Positions 51,794 to 61,900 of a stretch of 64,000 bases of DNA are shown piece by piece (the stretch's first letter is position 1; each line of letters starts with the position of its first letter). The notes beneath the pieces are model-generated. The model had not been told where the DNA came from. It made no database searches and saw only the letters and a list, made by a program, of their open reading frames with translations. This stretch comes from Planctomycetota bacterium (GTDB lineage Bacteria > Planctomycetota > JAJSAM01 > JAJVHW01): positions 1,280,001 to 1,344,000 of the forward strand of contig CBDFJG010000003.1 of assembly GCA_965248445.1 (NCBI GenBank), read 5' to 3'. The translations under genes were made by a program, and so were the position numbers.

Positions 51794-52648
51794 ATGCGCC
51801 GCACAGCTCTGGCGCTCGCACTCGGCGCCATGATCGCGACTCCGGGATGCCTGAAGCTCAAGGACCGCACGATCGTGCTCCCCGACGGTTCCGGGAAGAT
51901 CGAGATGCGCGTCGGCTTCCCGAACTCCTCGATGAAGGAGATGCACAAGGTCTCGGAGGAGGAGAGCTTTGATCTGGCCGCGGAGCAGCTGAAGCAGATG
52001 CGCCGTGACTGGAAGGGGTTCAGCGCCTTCACGCGCCCGGTCAAGTCCGAGGACGGCGGCTGGACGTACGTGACGTTCGACGCCTACTTCGACGACCTGA
52101 ACGCGGTGCAGGTCTGGAAGGAAGACTTGACCACGGAGGAGCGCGTCCTGCAGAAGTCGTTCGAACTCGAGGCAATCGAGGGCGGCGGATTCGACCTCAC
52201 CTTCCGCCACCAGACGCTCGTGGACATCACGGCGAAGTTCGCGAAGCAGGCGGACGAGCGCAGCGGCGACATGTCCGAAGAGGATCGCCGCACGGCGAAG
52301 GTCCTGACCGACGCGATGCGCCTGGCGTTCGACGGGCTCGCACTCGACTTCGCGGTCGAGATGCCGGGCGACGTCACGCGGGCGACGGGTTTCTCGAACA
52401 CCACCACCGGTTCCGCGGCGCTGCACGTCACCCTCGACGACCTTCTCGACGAGAAGAAGGTGAAGAAGCTCGCCGAGGTGAAAGAGCTGACCGTTCGCTG
52501 CGGCCCCTCGAACTGGAAGAAGTCCGACATCGAGGACTTCAAGGAGGAGCTCGCGGACGCGAAGGCGGAGTGGAAGAAGCTCCTGGCCGAGGTCGAGGCC
52601 AAGGAGAAGTCCGACAAGGTTCCCGCCGGGGCCGGAGGCGGCAAGTAG
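51794..52648 (+). CDS. lipoprotein (LppM-like)
   Basis: Lipobox TPGC followed by 'DRTIVLPDGSG' and 'VEMPGDV...'. Confidence 0.7.
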   Translation: MRRTALALALGAMIATPGCLKLKDRTIVLPDGSGKIEMRVGFPNSSMKEMHKVSEEESFDLAAEQLKQMRRDWKGFSAFTRPVKSEDGGWTYVTFDAYFDDLNAVQVWKEDLTTEERVLQKSFELEAIEGGGFDLTFRHQTLVDITAKFAKQADERSGDMSEEDRRTAKVLTDAMRLAFDGLALDFAVEMPGDVTRATGFSNTTTGSAALHVTLDDLLDEKKVKKLAEVKELTVRCGPSNWKKSDIEDFKEELADAKAEWKKLLAEVEAKEKSDKVPAGAGGGK

Positions 52649-52674
52649 CCCCTCGGCGGAATTCCGAGATCGCC

Positions 52675-52703
52675 GCAAACCGCGGCCCCCCGTTTCGCGT
52701 CTA
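52675..52703 (+). promoter_or_regulatory. candidate ECF-type (auto)promoter
   Basis: GCAAAC-N17-CGTCTA (AAC in -35, CGT in -10), ending 9 nt before the sigma ATG; no SD before that ATG. Confidence 0.5.
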
Positions 52704-52712
52704 GGCCGGCAG

Positions 52713-53240
52713 ATGGAGTCCGGAGACGACCCCCTCACGGCCCGCTTCAAGGCGCTCGGCGAGCGCCTGATGGGCACGGCGTACTTCGCCGTGGGACATC
52801 GCGAAGACGCGCGTGAGGTCGTCCAGGAAGCGTTCGTCCGCTGCTGGCGGCACCGCAAGAAGGTGCCGGAGCTGCGCGACCTCGACGCCTGGATCTTCTC
52901 CGTGCTCCTGAACACGGCTCGGGACCGGCGGCGGCGCAATCGCGTCCGCCGCTCCGAGTCGCTGCCGACGGAGGACGCGATGCCACAGGCCACTGACAAT
53001 CCGGTCCGCCGCGCCGGCGCCCGCGAGGCGCTCGGACGTGTTCGGGCCGCGATCCACACGCTCCCCGAAGCGGAGCGTGAGGTGTTCCTGCTGCGCCAGA
53101 ACGGGGACGCGACGTACGAGCGCATCGCCGAACTGGTGGGCTGCCCCGTCGGAACCGCCAAGACGAGGATGCGCTCTGCACTGATCCGCTTGCGCCGGGC
53201 AATGGAGCCCGCGCGCGGTGCGGTCGGGCGGGGCGCCTGA
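52713..53240 (+). CDS. ECF RNA polymerase sigma factor
   Basis: Region 2 'EDAREVVQEAF...AWIFSVLLNTARD', region 4 'LPEAEREVFLLR...TYERIAELVGCPVGTAKTRMRSAL'. Confidence 0.93.
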   Translation: MESGDDPLTARFKALGERLMGTAYFAVGHREDAREVVQEAFVRCWRHRKKVPELRDLDAWIFSVLLNTARDRRRRNRVRRSESLPTEDAMPQATDNPVRRAGAREALGRVRAAIHTLPEAEREVFLLRQNGDATYERIAELVGCPVGTAKTRMRSALIRLRRAMEPARGAVGRGA

Positions 53241-53258
53241 CGCCCAGGAGGTCCGACG

Positions 53259-56200
53259 ATGACCACGGACCGCGACCGCGACGACCTGCTCTCTTACCTG
53301 TACGGCGCGCTGCCCGACGAGGAGCGCACCGTCCTGGAGAAGCGACTGGCTGACGACCCCGAACTGCGCGCACGGCTCGACGCCGCCCGCGCGGAGAAGG
53401 ATACGCTCGCCAAGGCCGCGGAGATCTCCGATCCGGGCGTGTCTCTTCGGCCCCCACGCGCCAAGGTGTTCACGATGCGCAAGTTCGGCATGGCCGCCGG
53501 CGTGCTGCTGGCGCTCGGACTGGGCTTCACCGGGTTCCGCGCATCGCACCGCGCCACCCTGGCCGGCGACAACCCGGTCCTCGTGGCCAAGGGTCCCGGC
53601 AGCTTCGTGCCCGGCACCCCCGCGGAGTACGAACTCCTGCTCACCGACGCAGACGGTGACGCAATCGACGGCACCGTCACGGTCCACGTCCTCGGCGCGG
53701 GGAACGAGATCCGCGCGAAGACGGACGCGACACTCGACAACGGCCGCGCGACAGTGCAGCTCGAACCCGAGACCGGCGACCCCGGCGAGCGGGTGCGCGT
53801 GCAGTTCGTCGCAACGACGAAGGACGGCGAACGCATCACACAGACTCTGCCGCTCAAGGACGGCACCCGCGTGGTCGCACGCGTCAGCACGGACAAGCCG
53901 CTCTACCGGCCCGGCGAGACCGTGCGCATCCGCAGCATCGCGCTCGAGGCGTTCCGCTTACAGCTCCCCGGCGACGTTCCCGTCAAGATGACGATGACGG
54001 ATCCACGCGGCGGCGTCGTGTTCGACCACGTGCTCGACACGCAGAACGGCGCCATCGCGTGGGAGCACGCGCTTCCGCGGGACGTGGCCGGCGGGACATA
54101 CACCGTCTCGGTCACCGGCACCAAGGACGACGGTCTCGTCGCACCGGCGAAGCGCACGTTCGAAGTGCGTTCGTACCGCGTGCCGCGCCTGCGCTTCGAC
54201 ATGGAACTCGATCGCGACACGTACGGACCCGGCGACGCGGGCACGGCCCAGCTCAGCGTCGAGCGCGCCGAGGGCGGCAGCCCCACCGGCGCGACCGCCG
54301 AGGCGGTGCTGCGCGTGGACGGCGAGGAGATCGCCCGCGAGACACTGACCGTCGGTGCGGACGGCGGCGTCGTGGTTCCGTTCACTCTTCCGATGCAGAT
54401 CGCCGAGGGGCGCGGCCAGCTGAGCGTCACCGTCGAGGACGGAGGCGTGGTCGAGACGACCGCCAAGACCGTTCCGATCGCGCTGGGCCGCCTGGACGTC
54501 GAGCTGTACCCTGAGGGCGGCGAGCTCGTCGCCGGTATCCCGTCGCGCGTGTACTTCCGCGCCCGCACCCCCGCCGGTGAGCCGGCCGACGTCGCGTTCG
54601 AGGTGCTCGACGGCGACGAGGTCGTCGCAGCGGCCAACGTCGACGTGCGCGGCATGGGAGTGTTCGAGCTGACCCCGCGTGACGGCGCGAACTACACGCT
54701 CGCGGCGATCTCGCCACTCGACGTGGACCTCGCGTGCGAGATCCCCGCCGTCCTGACGAGCGGAGCCGTGCTCCGCGCGCTCGACGAGGCGACGGCGGCC
54801 AAGGCGCCCATTCGCGTCAATCTGCAGGCCGCTGCGAGCGGCACGTATGCCGTCGAGGCCTGGTGCCGCGGCGGCCGTCTGGCGCGCATGCGCGTCGAGC
54901 TCGACCGGTTCCGTGATCGCGAGATCGAGATCCCGACGGCCTCCGAGGTCGGCGGCGTCATCCGCGTGACTGTCTTCGGTCCGGACGGCAACCCGCTCGC
55001 CGAGCGCCTCGTGACGCGTCAGCCGCCGCGCAGCCTCTCGCTGACGGCCGTGGCCGCGAAGCAGAAATACGCGCCGCGCGAGCGCGTCGAGGTCAAGGTC
55101 CGCGCATTCGGCCCGGACGGCCCCGTCGCGAACGCGATCCTGGGCGCAAGCGTCGTCGACGAGTCGGTGCTCGCGCTGGCGAACGACGAGGACACAGCTC
55201 CGATGCCGATGCACTTCCTGCTCGGCATGGAGGTGGATGAACTCGAGAAGACCGAGGTCTACGCCGAGGGTCCGGACGCGCAGCACGCAGTGGATCTGCT
55301 GCTCGGCGTGCAGGGCTGGCGCCGCTTCGGGTGGAAGAACGTCGATGAGTTCCTGGCAGCGCATCCCGAGGACGGCCTGCGGCTCGTGGCGGTCTCCGCC
55401 GACGCGCAGACCGTTGCCCGCGACAACCGAGCCGGTGCGGATCAGGCGGTCGCGTACGGCATGGAGAGGTTCGACGAACGCTCGATGGAGCGCGGCTGGG
55501 CCGGCGGCATCCTGCTGATCGTCATCGGCGGCGTGCTGCTCTCGATCCGGTCGCTCTGGCAGCGACGCATGCTGCCCGCGATCGTCGGCGTCGTACCGGC
55601 GCTCTTGCTGGCCGCCGCGTTCGCGTTCTCGCGGTCTGACATGCAGTACGCGATGGCGCCGGGCATGGACGCCCGCGTGGAGATGGAAGCCGGAGGATGG
55701 CCCGCCGACGCCGTCGCCATGGGCGGCGGGGCGGCGGGTGATCCGCTCGCGGACTGGCTCGGAGCCGACGGCGCCCCCGCGCCGCGACGGGCCGCGCCCG
55801 CGCTCGTCGAACCCAACGTGCTGCGCCTGGCCGACGCGGAAGCGAAGAAGAACGCCGACGCCCGCGTCGTCGGACTCGCCGATCTCGCCGGGAGGCTCCG
55901 CCGCGCCAAGCGCCCGATGGAGGGCGCCGAGAAGGAACTGCTCGACAAGTTCGCCGACATGGATCTCGAGATGGAGGAACTCCGCGTCATGAAGGACGCG
56001 AAGCAGATCCTCGTTCGCGAGTACGCGTACCAGGCGCAGAAGAACGACGGCACGCGCAGCGACTTCACCGAGGTCCTGTACTGGAACGCTCTCGTCATCA
56101 CCGACGAGAAGGGCGAAGCGACCTTCGCGTTCGACACGTCGGACTCGATCACTTCGTTCCGCGTTGCCGTGGACGGCCACGACGGAAAGGGAGCGCTCGG

Positions 56201-58130
56201 CGCGGCCGACTCGCTGTTCGAGAACCGCGTGCCGTTCTACGTAGAGCCGAAGTTCCCGGTGGAGCTGTCCGCCGGTGACGAGCTGTTCCTACCCGTCGTC
56301 GTCGCCAACGACACCGACGCACCTATGCCCGTGACACTCAGCATCGTGGCCGGCGACCCTCTGTTGCAGGTCCGCGGAGACGCGACCTTCACGACCGAGG
56401 CCGCGGCCGGTGCGCGCACGCGCATCCTGGTGCCGTTCACGGTCGCCCAGGGCACCGGTAACGGGACGATCACACTTCGCGCCGTGGCCGGCTCCGGACA
56501 CGACGACGTCACGATGCGCGCGATCCCGGTCGTGCCCCGCGGCTACCCGCGCACGGTTGCCAGGAGCGGCGTGATCGAGGAGCGAGACGGCACCGAGTTC
56601 ATGCTGCCCGCCGACCTGAACCCCGTGACGGTCACTGGCGCGCTGAAGCTCTATCCCTCCACTCTGGCGACACTCGTCGACGGCCTCGAAGGCATCCTGC
56701 GCGAGCCGAACGGCTGCTTCGAGCAGGCGTCGTCGTCCAACTACCCGAACGTGCTGGTCATGCGCTACCTTCAGGACCAGGGCGCGGCGGCCCCGGCCGT
56801 GGCGCGCCGGGCGCGCGATCTCATGAAGTCGGGCTACGCGAAGCTCGCCGGCTACGAGTGCAGTGAGCTCGGCTACGAGTGGTTCGGCGGTGATCCAGGC
56901 CACGAGGCGCTCAGCGCCTACGGACTCATGGAGTTCGTGGACATGCGCGCGGTCTTCGACGTCGACGAGGAGATGATCGGCCGCACGCGCAAGTGGCTGC
57001 TCGAGCGCCGCGACGGCGACGGCGGCTTCAGGCGCAATGCACGGGCCCTCGACTCCTTCGGCGCAGCGCCGGACGAGATCACGAACGCCTACATCACGTG
57101 GGCACTCACCGAGGCCGGCGAGAATGCCGAACTCGGCAAGGAACTGAACAAGCTGATCGCGGACGGCAAGACGAGCGAAGACCCCTACGTGGTCGGACTC
57201 GCCGCCAACGCCGCGCTCAACACCGAACACGCCGACAAGGGCGCACTGGTCAAGCGGCTGGCCGGCATGCAGCAGGCGGACGGACACTTCGACGGGAAGA
57301 CCACGTCGATCACGTCGAGCCGTGGCAGCAACCTGCACATCGAGACCACCTCGATCGCCGCGCTGGCGTTCACGAAGAGCGGCACGCACCTCGCCGACGG
57401 CGAGGAGGCGATTGCGTGGCTCCTCCAGCAGCGCAGCGGCGGCTCGTTCGGCACGACGCAGGCGACGATCATGGCGCTCCGCGCTCTGGTCACCCACGCG
57501 CAGAACGCACGCAAGACGTCGACGTCGCACGACGTGGCCGTCATCGTGAACGGCGAGCAGGTGGCCACCCGCCACGTGGCGGAAGGCTCCACCGGCGTCA
57601 TCCTGTTCGAGCGCACCGTCATCGACGCACTGCGCCCCGGCGAGAACACGATCGAGGTCACCGCCAGCGGCGACGAGACGCTGCCGTGGGCGCTCACGCT
57701 GTCGTACGCGACGGCGCTGCCCGCCAGCAGCCCGGACTGCCCCGTCACGGTCGCGACCTCACTCGACACCGACACGGCGGTCGAGGGCGACACCGTCGGC
57801 CTGCACGTCGAGCTGACGAACACGACCGCCGAGGGCATCCCGATGACACTCGCGCGCGTCGCGCTGCCGGCCGGTCTCGAGCCGCGCACCGAGCAGCTCG
57901 AGGAGCTCAAGAAGGCCGGCGACATCGACTTCTGGGAGACCCGCCCGCGCGAGATCACGCTCTATTACCGGGCGCTCGCACCGAGCGCGCAGAAGGTGCT
58001 CGATCTCGACCTGACCGCGGCGGTGCCCGGCAAGTTCGAGGGCCCCGCGTCCTCGGCGTACCTCTACTACGGCGACGACGCCAAGCAGTGGGCGGCGCCG
58101 CTCGGGATCACGATCCAGCCGCGGCGCTGA
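53259..58130 (+). CDS. alpha-2-macroglobulin family thioester protein with N-terminal anti-sigma-like domain and internal TM hairpin
   Basis: AGGAGG RBS; 'LLSYLYGALPDEERTVLEKRLADDPELRARL' then a TM; MG2 'STDKPLYRPGETV'; 'RSDFTEVLYWN...DSITSF'; thioester 'PNGCFEQ' (CFEQ at 56715-26); 'GSFGTTQATIMAL'; C-terminal 'A.VPG.F.GP.S.AYLYY'. Confidence 0.9.
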   Translation: MTTDRDRDDLLSYLYGALPDEERTVLEKRLADDPELRARLDAARAEKDTLAKAAEISDPGVSLRPPRAKVFTMRKFGMAAGVLLALGLGFTGFRASHRATLAGDNPVLVAKGPGSFVPGTPAEYELLLTDADGDAIDGTVTVHVLGAGNEIRAKTDATLDNGRATVQLEPETGDPGERVRVQFVATTKDGERITQTLPLKDGTRVVARVSTDKPLYRPGETVRIRSIALEAFRLQLPGDVPVKMTMTDPRGGVVFDHVLDTQNGAIAWEHALPRDVAGGTYTVSVTGTKDDGLVAPAKRTFEVRSYRVPRLRFDMELDRDTYGPGDAGTAQLSVERAEGGSPTGATAEAVLRVDGEEIARETLTVGADGGVVVPFTLPMQIAEGRGQLSVTVEDGGVVETTAKTVPIALGRLDVELYPEGGELVAGIPSRVYFRARTPAGEPADVAFEVLDGDEVVAAANVDVRGMGVFELTPRDGANYTLAAISPLDVDLACEIPAVLTSGAVLRALDEATAAKAPIRVNLQAAASGTYAVEAWCRGGRLARMRVELDRFRDREIEIPTASEVGGVIRVTVFGPDGNPLAERLVTRQPPRSLSLTAVAAKQKYAPRERVEVKVRAFGPDGPVANAILGASVVDESVLALANDEDTAPMPMHFLLGMEVDELEKTEVYAEGPDAQHAVDLLLGVQGWRRFGWKNVDEFLAAHPEDGLRLVAVSADAQTVARDNRAGADQAVAYGMERFDERSMERGWAGGILLIVIGGVLLSIRSLWQRRMLPAIVGVVPALLLAAAFAFSRSDMQYAMAPGMDARVEMEAGGWPADAVAMGGGAAGDPLADWLGADGAPAPRRAAPALVEPNVLRLADAEAKKNADARVVGLADLAGRLRRAKRPMEGAEKELLDKFADMDLEMEELRVMKDAKQILVREYAYQAQKNDGTRSDFTEVLYWNALVITDEKGEATFAFDTSDSITSFRVAVDGHDGKGALGAADSLFENRVPFYVEPKFPVELSAGDELFLPVVVANDTDAPMPVTLSIVAGDPLLQVRGDATFTTEAAAGARTRILVPFTVAQGTGNGTITLRAVAGSGHDDVTMRAIPVVPRGYPRTVARSGVIEERDGTEFMLPADLNPVTVTGALKLYPSTLATLVDGLEGILREPNGCFEQASSSNYPNVLVMRYLQDQGAAAPAVARRARDLMKSGYAKLAGYECSELGYEWFGGDPGHEALSAYGLMEFVDMRAVFDVDEEMIGRTRKWLLERRDGDGGFRRNARALDSFGAAPDEITNAYITWALTEAGENAELGKELNKLIADGKTSEDPYVVGLAANAALNTEHADKGALVKRLAGMQQADGHFDGKTTSITSSRGSNLHIETTSIAALAFTKSGTHLADGEEAIAWLLQQRSGGSFGTTQATIMALRALVTHAQNARKTSTSHDVAVIVNGEQVATRHVAEGSTGVILFERTVIDALRPGENTIEVTASGDETLPWALTLSYATALPASSPDCPVTVATSLDTDTAVEGDTVGLHVELTNTTAEGIPMTLARVALPAGLEPRTEQLEELKKAGDIDFWETRPREITLYYRALAPSAQKVLDLDLTAAVPGKFEGPASSAYLYYGDDAKQWAAPLGITIQPRR

Positions 58131-58175
58131 CGTCGTCGGCGATTGCGACGTGCATGGGCTGATCGCGCTTCAGCG
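57958..58175 (+). repeat. copy 1 of ~215-bp diverged direct repeat (intact A2M 3' end plus remnant of kinase 3' end)
   Basis: Aligns by eye to 58731..58945, e.g. shared GTGCCCGGCAAGTTCGAGGG, GGCGACGACGCCAAGCAGTGGGC and CTCGGGATCACGATCCAGCCGCGGCGCTGAC. Confidence 0.9.
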
Positions 58176-58613
58176 GATCGCGACATGCACCCGCACCCGA
58201 TCCGGCGCCACGTGGTGGTCGAAGTCGCCGCTGTACGTGCGATCGAGAGGTGCCTCCCAGATCTGCTGCCACGCCTGGATCAGCGTGTCCGGTTGCGGGC
58301 CGCTCACGTCGTGTACGGCGTAGCGCGCAGCAGGCACGGTCGTCGCCACGAGTCCTTCAGGCAGGTCGTCCACGTCCACGTCGTCCGCGACACGGCATCC
58401 CAGGAGCATCGTGTAGGGCTGCGTGTGGTCGCCCTCGTACTCGTAGTAGAGCGAGTAGAGGTCGTCGTTCACGCGGCCCGGGATCTGCGCCGCACCGCCG
58501 CCGCCGAAGAACGCGCCCCACAGCGCTCCGATCGGCGCCGGGTCTGCGTTGGACGCGCGGCAGGTGCGCCCGACGAGCACGAATCTGGGCAGGGACTCGA
58601 TCTCGTGCGACAT
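58170..58613 (-). CDS. GyrI-like small-molecule binding domain protein
   Basis: 'LVGRTCRASN...IGALWGAF...LYSLYYEYEGD...MLLGCRV...LPEGL...VPAARYAV...AWQQIW...RTYSGDFD'; GGAGG RBS. Confidence 0.88.
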   Translation of the reverse strand: MSHEIESLPRFVLVGRTCRASNADPAPIGALWGAFFGGGGAAQIPGRVNDDLYSLYYEYEGDHTQPYTMLLGCRVADDVDVDDLPEGLVATTVPAARYAVHDVSGPQPDTLIQAWQQIWEAPLDRTYSGDFDHHVAPDRVRVHVAIR

Positions 58614-58730
58614 GGCGGCTCCTCCCGTGACTGGTATCGGTCTGGACGCAGACATGCGAGCAGACGTGCGCGTCCAGCACCAGGTCCCGCTCGCCGGTAC
58701 GGGAATCCGTCGGCGTCTGGGCGCGCACGC

Positions 58731-58945
58731 CGCTCTACCACCGGTCCCTCGCTCCGAACGCGCGGAAGGTGCTCGATCCGGAGCTCCTGGCCGCGGCCGT
58801 GCCCGGCAAGTTCGAGGGTCCCGCGTCCTCGGCGTACCTACGGCGACGACGCCAAGCAGTGGGCCGCGCCCTCGGGATCACGATCCAGCCGCGGCGCTGA
58901 CATCCTCCGCGATCGCCCGGTGCATCGGCTGGTCGCGCATCAGCG
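58731..58945 (+). repeat. copy 2 of direct repeat (frameshifted A2M remnant plus intact kinase 3' end)
   Basis: The A2M-derived part carries indels (e.g. TACCTCTACTACGGC becomes TACCTACGGC); the distal part encodes the kinase C-terminus on the minus strand. Confidence 0.9.
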
Positions 58946-61900
58946 ACTCGCGGTACTCCGCGGGAGCGTTGTCGCGCAGGAACTGCAGCCGCCGCCACGC
59001 CTCGTCGAGGTGCTCGCGCTCGCCGGTGACGCGCCACATCAGGTGTTCCGCGTGCATGCGCACGCGGTAGCCCATCCTGTCGCGGTAGCGTTCGTGGGAT
59101 GCACGAGCCTCGCTCGCCACGCTCTCCTCGCCGGCCGCAGCCCGCAGCAGGAGCGAGATCGTGCTCTCGTTCGCCAGCCCACTCGCGTCGCCCAGTTCGT
59201 GCGCGCGCGCGAGGTGCGCGGCGGCTTCCTCCTCCCGCCCGAGCGCATTCAAGCAGTCGCCCAGCGCCTGCTCGGCGGCTGCCTCCAGGTCCTTCGCCCC
59301 GCACTCCCGCGCGATTTCGATCGCTTCAAGCGCACTCCGCTCCGCGTCGGCATACCGACCCTGATAGGTGCGTGCGATCGTCGTGCCCCCGAGCGCATGC
59401 GCGACGCCGCGGCGGTACGCCACGTCCTCGCTGAGCGCGATCTGACGCTCATGCATCTCGCAGGCCTCGTCGAAGCGTCCCATGACCGCTAGGGCGAGCG
59501 CGAGGTTGCCCAGGCCGATGGCCTCCCCGCGGCGGTAGCCGATCTCGCGGGCGAGCCGCAGCCGTTCGTCCTGCAGTTCCATCGACCGCGCGTACATGCC
59601 GGCCGCAGTGTAGCTGCCCGCCAGATTGCCGAGGGCGACGGCGGCGTAGCGCACGTCGCCGACCTCGCGTGAGATCGCCAACGCGCGCTCGTCCCACTCG
59701 AGCGCCGCCGTGAAGTCGCCGAGCGTCCACATCGCGACCCCCAGACCGCCGCAGGCCTTCGCCTCCAGCTTGCGATCGCCGATCTCTCGCGCGATCGCAA
59801 GCGCGGCGTGCTGATGCTGTGCGGCCGTCTCGTTGTCGCCCAGATAGCCCGATGCTGCGCCGAGGTGCCCCTCGATCGCGCTCTCGAGCCGCTGGTCACC
59901 CAGCTCCCGTGCGGCCTCGAGCGCCGACGCGAGAACCTCGATTGCCTCGGCCGGGCTGCCGCGCATGACGAGCGACCAGCCGCGCTGCGCGAGGATGTCC
60001 GTCGCCGACTTCCGGTCGCCCAGATCGTTCGCGAGTTGCAGCGCCTCGGCGAGCATGGCGTCTCGCTCATCGGTCCGCCCGAGGTGTTCGAGTGATGCGC
60101 TCACGCGGCGCTGGATGGGCAGCCGCGCCGCACCCTGCAGAGCCGTGCCGGCGCCCAGAGCACGGTGACCGAGTCGGGCGGCTTCGTCACGTGACCGCGG
60201 CTCCAGGTGCTCGAGCGCCGCGGTCAGATACGGCACCGCCCTGACGCCCGACTCGGCCTCCAGGAAGTGCGACGCCAGCTTCGCGGCGGTGGCTCCCCAA
60301 ACCTCCGCCGGGGTGACGGACTCCGCGAGCGCCCGGCGCTCGAGCGCATCTCCGAGCACTGCGTGGTACTCGCGACGCAGCGCCGGCGAGAGCCGCTCGT
60401 AGAGCAACTCCTGCACCTGGTGATGATCGAAGACGAACCGCGGACCTGCAGCATGGACCAGCGCGTGACGCTGCTCGATGCGCCCGAGCGCGCGCAACAC
60501 CGGGATGCGCGCCTGACCGAGCGCCTCGGTCACGAGCAGCGGATCGAACTCGAAGCCGCAGCATGCAGCGACGTCGAGAATCTCCTGATCGGACTCATCG
60601 AGTGCGGCGAGACGCGTCTCGAAGATGTCCTTCACGGACGCCGGCAGTTCGATTCGCTCGATGATCCCCGTGGTGGACCACGATCCGTCGTCGCCGCGGT
60701 GCAACAAGCCCGACTCCCGCAGCGTGCGGATGATCTCGAATACGAAGAAGGGATTGCCGTCCGACGTTCGGGCCAGTCGCCAGCCGAGTTCGTCGGCGAG
60801 CCGCTCCGAGTGGAACGCCTCGACCAGAAGCTCACGGAGGTCGCGCGGCCCGAGTCGCGAGAGAGTCACGCGGCTCACGTGCTGAAGGCGATCGAGTCCC
60901 GACAACCATCGCTCCGGCAGTCCCGGCCGCGTCGTTCCGAGTAACACGATGCGGTGCCCGCGCGCCCCGAGAGCCAGCGCCTGAAACAGCGCACGACCCT
61001 CCTGTGGCGCGAAGTGCAGGTCCTCCACCACGAGCACGACAGGTCGGATCCGCGCGAGCCCGCGAAGTGCCCCGACGACCACCGCCGCCAGCGAGTCCGG
61101 CGTCAACGGCGTGGCGTCGTCGGGCGGCGGCAGCCCGCGCACGAGCGCCGAGATGCTCCTCACCAGAGAGAGCGAGCCGGGAAGGAGTGCCGACAGCGAA
61201 CGCTCGACCGCGTCGGCGCCGAAGTGATCCCGCAGCGCTGAAACTACGGCGCCGTTCGCCATCGCCGCGCCGAACGGAGGATAGCCGCCGAAGAGCCAGT
61301 CGAACTCCGTCCCCGCGCGCTCGAGACGCAGAGCCAGTTCGTCCAGCAGACGGGACTTCCCGATACCCGGCTCGCCCTGCACGAGGACCACGCCCCCATC
61401 GCCACGTTGCGCCGCAGCGAATGCGGCGTCGAGTGCAGCGCTGGAATTGTCGCGGCCGTGCAACGCCGTCGCGGCGGGCGCGCGGCGACGGCGGGCCGCC
61501 AGCCGTTCACCGAGCCGCGCACGGCGCTGTGTCCACCACGCGCTCTCCTCGCCGTCATCGAACAGTCGGCACAGTTCCTCCGCCGTCTGCACGCGTTTGT
61601 CAGGGTCTTTCGCCAGGAGTGTGTGGACCACCTCCTCGAAGAACCGCGAGACGCCCGGGTTGATCTCGCCGAGGCGGCGCGGGACCGTGGTCAGGACGCT
61701 ACGGACGACCGTCGCGACGTCGTCCCCGCGAAACAGGTGGGTACCCGACGAGAGCTCATAGAGGACGATCCCCAGGGCGTGGAGATCGGCGCGCCCGTCC
61801 ACGGCCTGCTCCGCCGAGAACTGCTCGGGCGATGCGTAGTGGAGCGACCCGACGAACGCGCCGGTCCGCGAGAGTTCGTGCGTCGCATCGATGACGCGCG

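Noticed and set aside
49097..53266. 1389-aa minus-strand ORF
   Set aside because: Antisense shadow of clear plus-strand genes (HEAT protein, lipoprotein, ECF); no motifs. Long stop-free antisense frames are expected at this GC content.
53958..56180. 740-aa minus-strand ORF (similarly 26831..28663, 20215..21906, 61407..62966)
   Set aside because: Antisense to well-supported genes (A2M, pnp, AsmA-like, kinase); composition typical of shadow frames.
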